A stretch of DNA of 64,000 nt from NCBI RefSeq assembly GCF_009914755.1, contig NC_060930.1; one strand, given 5' to 3'. This stretch comes from the human T2T-CHM13v2.0 reference genome, Homo sapiens. The notes beneath the pieces were generated by a model. The model worked only from the letters and a program-made list of their open reading frames with translations, searched no databases and was not told where the DNA came from. The position numbers were made by a program, and so were the translations under genes. The stretch's first letter is position 1. Each line of letters starts with the position of its first letter. Of this stretch, positions 1 through 13,010 are shown in pieces.

Positions 1-228
1 GGAAAGGCTTTCAGTTTTTCCCCATTTAGTATCATACTAGCTGTGGGTCTGTCATATATGGCTTTTTTTATGTTGAGGTGTGTTCCTTCTATATGCAGTT
101 TTTTTGAGGGTTTTTATCATGAAGAGGTGCTGAATTTTATCAAATTTTTTTAAATTATCAATTGAAATGATCATGTAGTTTTTGCCCTTCATTCTGTTGA
201 TATGATGTATCACATTGATTGATGTGCA
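1..228 (-). mobile_element. L1 ORF2-region fragment
   Basis: Antisense L1 text ggaaaggctttcagtttttcccc...gctgtgggtctgtcatatatggct. Confidence 0.8.
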
Positions 229-257
229 TACAACTTTTTTTTTTTTTATATTCAGAG

Positions 258-480
258 TCAGTGCAGAGCAGTGGTTTAGAGCTCAGGCCCATGAGTCAGG
301 TGGTCAGGGTCAGAAGCTTGGCCCCACTACTTTTTGTCTGTGTGACCCTGGGAAAGTCATTTCACATGTCTATGTCTCAGTGTTCTCATTTGTAAAATAA
401 GGGTAATAATACTTAATAGTATTGTTGTGAGCTTTAAACTCAATGTATGTAATGCTTTAGAACACTCTGTAAGTGGTATG
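258..480 (+). mobile_element. MIR
   Basis: MIR core tgtgtgaccctgggaaagtca...ctcagtgttctcatttgtaaaat. Confidence 0.75.
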
Positions 481-587
481 TACTATTATTATTATTTTAT
501 TCATATAACTAAAAAATTGTATTCTGTCTGATCTGTTGGTTGTTTCATTGTTGCTAAACACAAATTTAAGTCTTCTATCCCCGTGAC

Positions 588-885
588 CAGTTCTGTCCAA
601 TACAAGTATAAGTCAACTACATAAGTTATTGGCAATTTTCTAGTAGCCGCACTAAAAAAGAAAGAGAAACAGGTGAAATTAATTGTAATAATATATTTTA
701 TTTAACCCAATAATTTACAAGTATTATTAGTTCAGCATTTAATCACTATAAAATTATTGACATGACATTTTACATTTTTTTGGTTGTAAGTCTCAGAAAT
801 ATGGGGTGTATTTTACACTTGCTGCTTATTTCAGTGGCTCAATAGCCACATGTATTTAGAGGCTCCTGTATGTGACTGAGCAGCT
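588..885. mobile_element. hAT-Charlie remnant (MER3/MER33-like)
   Basis: cagttctgtccaata...aacaggtgaaattaat...ctcaatagccacatgt. Confidence 0.6.
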
Positions 886-1654
886 TTAAAGAGTTGCTAG
901 TTAATCTTGCTCATTTCTGAAGTGTTCCAGTCAACTGTTGCTGTGAAATAAGCCGCCCCCAGATTTAGTAGATTAAAACAACAATGGTTTATTATTTCTC
1001 ACAATTCTCATTTAGCCTATACATGCTAGATTGATGATTATTGCCATTATTTTTGTGATAGTTGTGAATTCCATGATAGTTTTTGAATTCCACGATTCCT
1101 TCTACATTTATTAGTTGGAATTCTGTGGTAAGGAATAACTCTTTCTTCTCTTTCACTCAGTCATATATTTAATTGTACATCAGCATGAACTCATAGATTC
1201 TTGTTGTATTCAGTAGGTTGTAACCCATTATTTATTTTATTATTCAAGTGATCTGACCATAATATTTTAAATTAAGAAAACACCCTCTCCACACATGCTC
1301 AGGTACCTGATGAGATCAGAACAAATTCTGCTACATGGATGGTATTCTCAATTCCATCCCCCAACACCCCCGTATTGCAATGTTTAAATGTTTCAGCCCA
1401 AATATTTCACAGGGTCTGCTTGCAGAGCCCCATGCTTCTCTTCAACAAATGTTTTTACAGGACAAAATTTGTCCAGTAAATTGTCTCTATTTATGGTTCC
1501 TTTGAAAGTTTTACCAAGTTTACTTGCTGAAATATCCTAGGGCTTTTCAATTTCACTTCAATTCAGTATAGAATATAATAAGTCTTTCCCATTAAAAGTA
1601 AGCTTAATGAACAGAAGTTTCTTCCTACAAGGTAAGATACTCCCAAAGTATAAC

Positions 1655-2332
1655 TGGTGTATATCCAAAGATATGAAATCAGTATGTTGAAGAGATAGCT
1701 GCACCCCCACATCCACTGCAGCATTATTCCCAATATCTAAGATATGGAATCGATGTCAGTGTCCATCAATGGATAAATGGATAAAGAAAGTGTGGTATAT
1801 ATACGTAATGGAACACTATTCAGCCATTTTTTTTAACAAAAAAAATGTAAAAAGAAGGAGGTCTTGTCATTTTCAGTGACATGGATGAACTTGGAGGACA
1901 TTATGTTAAGTGAAATAAGCCAAGCACAGAAAAACAAATATTGCATGATCTCACTTATATGTGGAAGGTAAAAAAAGATGAACTCATAGAAACAAAGGGT
2001 AAAATGGCAGTTACCAGAAGTGAAAGGAATGGGGAGATGTTGGTCAATAGACACAAAATTTCAGTTATACGGGAGGAATAATTTCAAGAGATCTAGTGTA
2101 CAGCATGGTGACTATGGTTAATATCAACATATTGTATACTTAAAAATTGCTTAGAGTACATTTTAATTGTTCCTTTCCACAAGTAGTTATGTGAGGTAAG
2201 GCACATGTTAAATAGTGTGGTTTAGCCATTCCATAAGTTATACCTCATTCCATAAGGTATACATCTATCATCTATATGTCGCATACCATAAATATATTCA
2301 ATTATTACTTGTCAATTAAAAAAAGAATAAAA
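1655..2332 (+). mobile_element. L1MA-type 3' end
   Basis: L1 3' UTR text (catggatgaacttggaggacattatgttaagtgaaataagcca) and A-rich end. Confidence 0.85.
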
Positions 2333-3030
2333 AATTTTCAGAGTTAATTTATGTGCACATTAAACCCATCCTAGAATAATATTTTGCTAACCAAAAAAAG
2401 ATCCAGGACAAATGCTAAATCAGGATGCTGGAATAACAGCGTCAACTGGGATAATCCTGGTGAGGCCTCATCTTGTCCAAAGACCCCCTTTTGATTGGGC
2501 CAGGCCTCCTGGCTACTGCTGTCTTTCTGGCTGTGGTCTTTGCTCACCCAGCTCTTTGGTTTGGTAGACTCAGGTTGATCTCCACTGCTTTGCATTTGCT
2601 GCTCTTTTGCCTGTAACATTGTACCCCTCCTTGCTCATATGGCTAATTTCTCCATATCCTACAACCTTAGACACTGGCATCGTTTTCTCTAGGTGCCTTC
2701 CCTTCATCCCTCCAATGTGCTCCTTGTCCTACCTGTACTATGTATATCTGTTCCACGATACTTCCTTCTTCACCTTTTTGAAACACCATGTTCAATATCC
2801 TGTTATTTAAGAGTCTTGCTCTTTGCTTCCTATGATAACAGTTATTAGAGGAACTGATCTGTGCTAGGTGGTAAGTGATGGTGATGAATTACTTATCTGT
2901 TCCTGAAAACATACTTGTATTTCATGGAGGCCCACTGGGGTGGTAGTCTTCAAAGTGAGTGTGCACACGTCTAAGAGTATATGAGACCATTTATAAGGAT
3001 GGAAGTAGAAAATGTAGTAATTTTTATTTC

Positions 3031-3328
<298 letters not shown>

Positions 3329-3389
3329 AGTAATTTTTATTTCTATTATTTTATTAAGCAAAGCTAAGAAGTTAAAGTGTTTCTCTTTT

Positions 3390-3699
<310 letters not shown>

Positions 3700-3889
3700 A
3701 TAAAGTTTTTCTAATGTTTAATATTTTGGTTGAGAAAATACATGTATATAATTTTATAAATCTAATTTGACATTGGTAAGGTATACTAAGTATTTTTATT
3801 GATGGAGTACTCTATCATAAAAATTTGAAGACTACGTCTATAGGGGCATATGACATCCTCAATGGAAAACTCTTCAAGCTTTTTGACAC

Positions 3890-4110
3890 TATAATAGCTA
3901 ACATATTTCAAGTGTTTTCTATGTGTCACGCACTGTTCTATATGCTTTACAGGTATCAACATACGTATTCCTTATAACCACCTCATGAGATTGATATGAT
4001 TATTAGCATCCTCATCTTATGGATGAAAAAAATTGAGCTAGAGAATCAGGTAATTTGTTCAAGGACAGGGCCAGTACATATCAAATTCTTGATGTGGTCT
4101 GATTCCAGAT
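3890..4110 (-). mobile_element. MIR
   Basis: cctcatcttatggatgaaaaaattgag...taatttgttcaagg. Confidence 0.6.
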
Positions 4111-4914
4111 GCTGCTAGCTTAACCCCTGCTGTGTACTGTGCTGTGCTCTGGTGCCTCTGCTCTCACATGATAGACCCATTTGGCTTCCTGGAGGAGAGG
4201 GACCACATCTGTCTTGCACATTGTGCTAGTTTTTACGGGGCCTATTATTTCCTTCTCTCTCTTTAAAATCATCTTTTGCTCCATTTTATTTCCCAAGGGC
4301 CTGCCATCTTCGATAGGAACTTTGGACAAGTTCTCTTTTATTTTTAACATGAAACCATTTTTCCCCTTGAAATAAATGGATCTGATGAGAAATTGGCATG
4401 AGTTTAATTAGCAGTCCTATGTATAGAAACTTTACACGAAAAAAGTCTGCATCACCCCAGTACTCACGAGTCAGTTATGAGTCCCAGCTCACCCCTGACA
4501 TGACTAATGCCTTCCTTTCTTCCTTTATCACGAGGGTATGAGGACAAGAAATAAACCTCAGACTACTTCTGTACAGCGTGTGAAGTGTCCCGCAAGCACG
4601 TATCACCTTAAAATAGCAACAAGGGCAGCAGCAACAACGACAACAAAAATGATAATGGCAAAGAGAAGCAGAACCTAATGTTTTTTGGGTTTGCCCACTG
4701 ATACCCTTTTAATCCTGATTTTTAATTGTTTGGCACAAAGATATGTAATAATTTCTTGGGTCTTCTGGGCATTTAAATGTCATTTTGGTTTCACCAAATG
4801 TATTTATGATTCCACCTACACATGTAAGAGTATTGGGAGAGTTTTGGAAGGTTTGTATTCTATCATCATATTCAAATTGTGCTAACTCTGTTTTCTTTCC
4901 TGTTTTCCTTGTAG

Positions 4915-4943
4915 GCTCTTTTAAGACACTTACTCTTCCATCA
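4915..4943 (+). CDS. CD109: CD109 exon 3 (29 nt; GSFKTLTLPS)
   Basis: tgctaac branch point, long pyrimidine tract, gtag| acceptor, |gtaagt donor; in frame with exon 4. Confidence 0.95.
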
Positions 4944-5224
4944 GTAAGTATCCATTTAAAAAATTTGGTTTCAGAAATATATTGTATCAGTGAACTAAAT
5001 AAATTAATATTTTATTGGATTTTATGTCAATTCACACATTTCACGTTTCATGTAAGTTTGGCTTGAGTTTAGTTCAGCCTTCAGATTATTTATGAATAAT
5101 ATTATTTCAAGGAGATTGATTATGAGGCTCTTCAAACTCTTGGCAGAGATTTGCCTCTTGTAAAATAGAAGACTTCACTGAAGGAAACTGGCCTGGACTA
5201 TTAGCACAGAAATCTGGACTGGTC

Positions 5225-5573
5225 ATAAAAAGGAACGAGACCATGTCCTTTGCAGGAACATGGATGGAGCTGGAGGCCATTATCTTTAGCAAACTAAAAT
5301 AGGAACAGAAAACTAAACACCACATGTTCTCACTTATAAGTGGGAGCTGAATGATGAGAACACATGGACACATAGAGGGGAACAACACACACTGGGGCCT
5401 ACTGGAGGGTAGAGGGAGGGAGGAGGGAGAGGAGCAGGAAAAATAGCTAATGGGTTCTAGGTTTAGCAACTGGGTGATGAAATAATCTGTGCGACAACCC
5501 CCATGACACAAGTTTACCTATGTAACAAACCTGCACTTGTACCCCTGAACTTAAAATAAAAGTTAAAAAAAAA
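5225..5573 (+). mobile_element. 5'-truncated L1PA/PB 3' end
   Basis: catgtcctttgcaggaacatggatggagctggaggcc...cctgaacttaaaataaaagttaaaaaaa. Confidence 0.9.
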
Positions 5574-5666
5574 CAAGGCATCTGGGCTGGTTTGCTCCTG
5601 CTTCTGTCGTAATGAGCCTTCTAGTGTGGAACTCTGCTCCTCAGTTTCCTTGTGCTTGAAAAGAGC

Positions 5667-5897
5667 AGTGCCACGCTGAGACATACTAGAACTTGAGGCA
5701 AAAGGAAAAATCAGTAATATTGACCCTGTCTTTGTTTAAAACTTCGACTTCTTTGTTTATAATTTTTTGCATTAATTTTGATATTTTAAAATATTGTATT
5801 AAAATATTATTTTCTTGATTGCTAAATTTTTTGGTACCCCCTTAAATTTTGCACCTTAGACAAGTGCCTCACTCACCTCACCATAGCCCTGGCCTTG
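5667..5897. mobile_element. hAT DNA transposon remnant (MER96-like, family uncertain)
   Basis: ccttaaattttgcacc...gtgcctcactcacctcaccatagccctggcc. Confidence 0.5.
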
Positions 5898-6277
5898 GAA
5901 AAGAGAATGAAGATACCATCTTTATCTCACAGCATGTCCTGGAGTGAAATGAGATGTGGAAGTGTTGTAGCACTTGCTATAGAAATGGAAAGGAGTTATT
6001 ATTTTGTTGAGAGATTCATAAAACCTTATTATTAAATGTTTGTGGATGAATCTTCCTATAGCTTTGATTTGGAAGTTTATACTTTCATTACTATGCTTTG
6101 TTTTGGGGCTTTACATGCTTAATGTACAGTATAGTAAACCACAGCATCCAACATCAGGTGCAGTTTGATATATGTACTTTTCTGAGAACAGAGGACTAAT
6201 GACTTAGGCCCTGACACACTGTATACCTGATTAGTATCAGCATTACCTCATAAGCCAGGTTCGCTCATTACCTTAAA

Positions 6278-6568
<291 letters not shown>

Positions 6569-7114
6569 CTTAGTACCTTTTGAAAGTTACTTGTCAAGTA
6601 CATTCAGAAACCACATTTATTTTGGGGGGTTCATAGAGAATATTATACTCTCAAACAATACTTTATAAAAATTACTTAGTATGCTATATCTATTCTGTTT
6701 GTTACATATTATATTTGTACTTTCTTTCCTAAGAAATATACTGCTGCTAATAATAGAAAGTGGAAGAAAAAAGGCATAAGCAGGCAGAAGTGGGGGAAAA
6801 AAACCCTGCAATCTTTGTGGCAATAAAACATTAGATTGCATTAAAATAACCTAAAACATTAGATACTGGCCCCAGTGCCTGGGCGCAGAACTTTGTTGAA
6901 AGGGTATTCCAGTGGTAAGATGAAAATAAATCCTGTGTCGTATATTTGCCCTATAGCAGAAGGAGGGTGGGGTTTAAGCTCAGGAATCACAGCCTAAAGC
7001 ACAATAATTGTCTGGTTTCCTCAAAGGAGTTTGCAGTTTCACATACCGGAAGTGTAGAAAGGCTGAAAGGAGAAGGCGGGGCAAGGGCATGAGAGTTTCT
7101 TTCAATGATACTAG

Positions 7115-7482
<368 letters not shown>

Positions 7483-9708
7483 TACTATACTTCTTTTAAG
7501 TCTTAAGTATATGAAATACTAACTCTGACATCCAGTATTTGTCTTTAATATTATGTCATTTCAATTGTATATAAATATAGCTATTATCTATTGAAAGCTT
7601 TATTAGAGATTATATTTTGGAGTGTATCTCTTTTTAGTAAAGCACAGTATGAAAGACTTAGAAATAAAGTGTATGGACAAATTTGATAATGCTTGACAAA
7701 AAAAGAAGGCTCTGCATTTTAATGAGTTTTCAATTAAAGCAGAACCAACTTTCTTTTTCCCCAGTGAGAACATACCTGTGAATAGAACCACCTTTTAAAG
7801 TGCACTTGCATTCTGACACTTGTAAGTGTAATATTTTAAATTATTTTTCAGGTCTTTATGGCTTTTTAGTGTAAAATATAAATATTTCAAGAATGTGTTA
7901 ACACAAATGTGTTTTTTATTTCTGATTTACTCATTGTACTTCAAGACACGAAAATAACCCCCAATATGAAGTAAATAAAAAACATAAATTGAGACAATAT
8001 AAATATTGTTTTGTACACAATATGGCAGAAAAACTTCTTTTGTTCTCTTTGTCAAATGAAGGAGTGGTTTTATTTGATTAGAAATGTTTTTAATGTGTAA
8101 GTATAATTACTAATATATTTTTAATGGAAACTATCATCTTAGATTTCTCAATTTTATTTTGAAAAATTGTCTCCGTTATGTTTGGTAACTGGCATTATTC
8201 CTGAAGTATATGAGGATAAATACTATTGTGTTGTCTCAGTTTCCTTACAGCAGTGAATCTTTCAGAGAAGGTGAAATGGCTTTAGACAGCCCAGATTAGA
8301 ATAAGTAATCCTTATTTATTGTCTAGCAAGAATGTTTTTGAATGTGCTTACCTTATGTATCCTAGGCAGAGAGCTATCATCTCCTCAGAGAGTTTGCATT
8401 TATGTATACACGAAATAGATGTGCCTAAGTGAGAGTCAACATAGCCAATCCAGAGGCTGATTGATATTCTGTTGGTCAAAGCTTTGGGATATTGTCAATT
8501 CCCAGACTCTTGTCCTGCTTTCAGACAGCCTCTCACTGTGGGAACTGCACCTTCCTCCAGCCCTGTGCCCTCTGGTCAAGGAGTCCAAAATCTCTGTGGG
8601 TAAATAATTGACTCCTGTTTAAGAGCCATGGAAGTCACTTATCAAGGAACAGCTTTTTTTCCCCCTTTCCCCCACCAATTTCGGGAACCTTTTTCAGTAA
8701 CTGTGGCCCCAAGACGGCAGAAGGCAATTTACCAGTAAAGATGCAGGAGCTTCTGTTACCTCATAGTGTCCGCTCTGCTGTGGGCAGGTTATAACCCACT
8801 CCAGATCTGGCACAGAGAGAGAAACTTTTATAAAAATTGCTTAAAGTCAATAATCTTTTCTTCAGTCTCATTATGCGCCCCCATTGTTAACCATGGAGCA
8901 CCGAGGTCTGCATTGACACCACAAGACTCTGGAGCACCACCCAGAGTACGTGGTGACACCCCGAGACATGTGGTGATGCCCCATGCTTCATACAGGCACC
9001 CAGGTCTAATGATTCACCAAGGCCCATATTGTCATCTCTGGGTGGCTTGCCCTGGGACTAACACTGAGTCTTTGAGGATCCCAAATTACCTAAATTTTAT
9101 ATATGGCAAGGTGGGGTTTTTAACGGGGAAAAGTTAAAAAAGCAAATTAGTTAAGGTAACCCAAAGGAACAGGAAGATAGTCAGTAATGTTTCCCCTGAG
9201 TCAGTGTCAGCTCCCTGAAGGAGGATAGAGTAGGAGGTAGAATAAAATGTTTTCGGGCATATTTGCATTTATTTTAATTCTCTGACCCTTTAGGCTGCTT
9301 GTGGTTAATAGGCTTCTTTAGCTCTAGGCCTCTGTGTCATTAATTTGACATCAGTCTTCAATCTAGCATCTGTTCTGGGGCCTCTGTGCCACTAAAAATG
9401 ATAAACATATCAAATCAGGAAGAGCAATCCCATCAAATATATTTTTAAACATGAAATATTTAGAAATCGATGCCATTTATAAGCATATAATATTCTGGTT
9501 CCTGGTGTATATATTTTCTTGTTTATAGTATTAGGAAATCTGATTCAAAGAGTCTGAGGACTGAAGTATCACTTGAGAAAATAGAATTTAAGATTGCAAG
9601 TTCCAGGCTAGACTCTGCTCTACCAGGGCACAGGTCTTTGGTTCATGTTGTATCCCAAGTACCTAGGGCGTCCTGGTACACAAAGGGTGCTCAATAAATA
9701 CTTCTTTA

Positions 9709-10003
9709 GGCTGGGCGCAGTGGCTCACATGTATAATCCCATCACTTTGGGAGGCCGAGGTGGGTGGATCACTTGAGTTCAGGAATTCGAAACCAGCCTG
9801 GCCAACATGGTAAAACCTTTTCTCTACTAAAAATACAAAAATTAGCTAGGCATGGTGGCGCACACCTGTAGTCCCAGCTACTTGGGAGGCTGAGGCAGGA
9901 GAATCGCTTGAACCCAAGAGGTGGGGTTGAGATTGAGCCACTGCACTCCAGCCTGGGCAACAGAGCAAGAGTTCATCTCAAAACAAAACAAAACAAAACA
10001 AAA
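9709..10003 (+). mobile_element. AluS
   Basis: Full Alu with (AAAAC)n tail; TSD aaa(t/c)acttcttta. Confidence 0.92.
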
Positions 10004-10499
10004 CACTTCTTTATTGAATAAAAGCAAAAATTGACACCAGAAGTCATTTGAAGGTGACATACTGATTGTTTTTCCTAACATTTTATTATTAACTTTTCAA
10101 ATATACAAAAAACTTGAAAATGTTTCATAATGAACACTCCTATACTTGCCACTTAGGGTCTACCATTAACATTTTACTATACTTGCTCTATCATACATCT
10201 ATCCATCTACCCATCTTTCTATCCATCCATTAGTTCATCTTATTTTTAAATGTATTTCCAAGTAAATTGCAGACATCAATACTCTTCTCCCTAAATATTG
10301 CTGCTGACCATTTTATTGTTGACAGTGGTTTCTTGCACTTTCTTCATATTCTTAACCACATTGATAGCATTCTGATGTCTGCTATTATTGGAAAATCCCC
10401 TTTGAGCTATCTGTAGACAAAACTTATTTGCAAAAATGAGTCAGGATATAGTTTCGGGACCTCAGTTTTAATATGAAAATCAACTAAAAGTCAAGCATG

Positions 10500-11000
10500 C
10501 TAGTTATCTATTGCTAAGTAACTCTAAAACTTTGCTTCAAACAATAATAAATTAAACTTTTATTACTTCTCACAGTCTTTGTGGGTGAAGAATTGGGAAC
10601 AATATGGTTGGGCATTTCTGATTTGGAGTCTCACGAGGTTGCAATCAAGATATCAGCTAGGGCTGCAGTCATCTGAAGGCTTCATCAGGGCTAACACATT
10701 CTGTGAGGCAGCTCATTCACTAGGCTGACACGTGGTTGTTGGTGGTTGGTGGGAGGCCCTGGTTCCTCCCAATGTGGGCCTCTCCACAGACTTCTTTAGT
10801 GTCCTTACCACACCACTCTGGCTTCCTCCAGAGTGAGTGATCCAAGCGAGAAAGAGAGACAACAGGGAAGAAGGTATTCTTTTTCTGACATAGCCTAATT
10901 CTAGGATTTGGAAGGAAATCACTAAGTCTGGGGAATTAGGCTTCACCTTTTGAAGGGACTAAAGTCAGAGAATTTTTGGACATATTTTAAAATTACCACA
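10500..11000. mobile_element. MaLR LTR (MLT1-type)
   Basis: ttctcacagtctttgtgggt...cagctagggctgcagtcatctgaagg...gggcctctccacag. Confidence 0.75.
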
Positions 11001-11005
11001 TCAAA

Positions 11006-11040
11006 GTGTGTGTGTGTGTGTGTGTGTGTAGTGTGTGTGT
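11006..11040 (+). repeat. (TG)n microsatellite
   Basis: Direct reading. Confidence 0.95.
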
Positions 11041-11158
11041 CTGAAATGATTTTAATAAGAATATCCACCTGAGGGATTGTTGTGAATTAAAATGATATAG
11101 TGCAGGTAAACTGCTCAGTATGGCTCTGGTCTGCTAATGCTAGAAGGTAGGACTTCTA

Positions 11159-11161
<3 letters not shown>

Positions 11162-11199
<38 letters not shown>

Positions 11200-11476
11200 T
11201 TGAGACAAATTCTCGCTCTGTTGCCCAGGCTGGAGTGCAGTGGCACGATCTCGGCTCACTGCAACCTCCATGTTCAAGCGATTCTCCTGCCTCAGCCTCC
11301 CGGAGTAGCTGGGACTACAGGCGCATGCCACCACACCTGGGTGATTTTTGTAGTTTTAGTAGAGATGGGGTTTCACCATGTTGGCCAGGCTGGTCTCAAA
11401 CTCCTGACCTCAGGTGATCTGCCTGCCTTGGTCTCCCAAAGTGCTGGGATTACAGGTGTGAGTTAACGTGCCTGGG
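11162..11476 (-). mobile_element. AluS with (TTA)n tail
   Basis: Alu consensus; tail converted to triplet microsatellite. Confidence 0.92.
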
Positions 11477-12007
11477 AAGGATTTCTGTTATTAATAGTAG
11501 TAGTAGAAGTAGCAGCATCATCATCCCTACCAAGACTATGACACATATGCGCAAGATGCATTAGGAGAATGCATCTCAGAAAACAGGTTGAGAGAATATA
11601 GCAAGAAACAAATTTTGTGCAGAAGAGCCTTTCATCAGCTGACTGCCTCAAATAGGGTGAGCGTGGAAAAGAAGGTTGAAGGATGTTAGATATTCTGACC
11701 TGCAATAACTGTTAGGGAGGATGAATTTGCACTTGGAATAGGAAATGGCAAGGTGACTCCTGCTGAGGGAGAGCAGTGGGCTATGTGTCCCCCATTCCAG
11801 GAGCCCTGTGATGTAACTGGAGAGCAAACTGCAGGAAGTTAAAAGAGGGAAAACAAATTAACTCTGATGCCTGGGAGGGGCAAATTTTCAACATCGCAGT
11901 TACTTTTGATAATACTGTGTATTTACTTTTTTTATTCTAACTTGCAATTAAAACATTTTTGAGGTAAAATAATGAGACCTTGATGTGTGATCTCTTTTTC
12001 CCCCCAG

Positions 12008-12238
12008 CTACCTCTGAACAGTGCAGATGAGATTTATGAGCTACGTGTAACCGGACGTACCCAGGATGAGATTTTATTCTCTAATAGTACCCGCTTATCA
12101 TTTGAGACCAAGAGAATATCTGTCTTCATTCAAACAGACAAGGCCTTATACAAGCCAAAGCAAGAAGTGAAGTTTCGCATTGTTACACTCTTCTCAGATT
12201 TTAAGCCTTACAAAACCTCTTTAAACATTCTCATTAAG
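12008..12238 (+). CDS. CD109: CD109 exon 4 (231 nt; LPLNSADE...LNILIK)
   Basis: ctttttccccccag| acceptor, AAG|gtaagt donor, ORF track 11987..12259. Confidence 0.97.
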
Positions 12239-12598
12239 GTAAGTGCCAGACAGAAATGAAGCAAGGAATTCTAGCCATCTTACTAAACCCCTCTGGGAAG
12301 TTCTGCTTGTGTTACTGACACTGGAATATTTTAGAATTCACCTAAGATAAGCTTCCCTCCCAACATGGAACTCCTCTAATAGGAAAGAAGGTGGTGCATG
12401 CACTGGGTTAAGAGCTCAGCCTCTAGAGTCAACCTGCTTGAGTTCCAGGCCTGGCGTCTTCATTGATTTATACAGTTGTCAAACATTTATTAAACTTCTG
12501 TGTTCCAGGCACAGCGATAGGGCAGTGAACAGAAGAGATTAAGTCCCTGCTGACACTGAGTTTATTTTTCAGTGGGTAGTAGGAGACAGACATAATAA

Positions 12599-13010
<412 letters not shown>

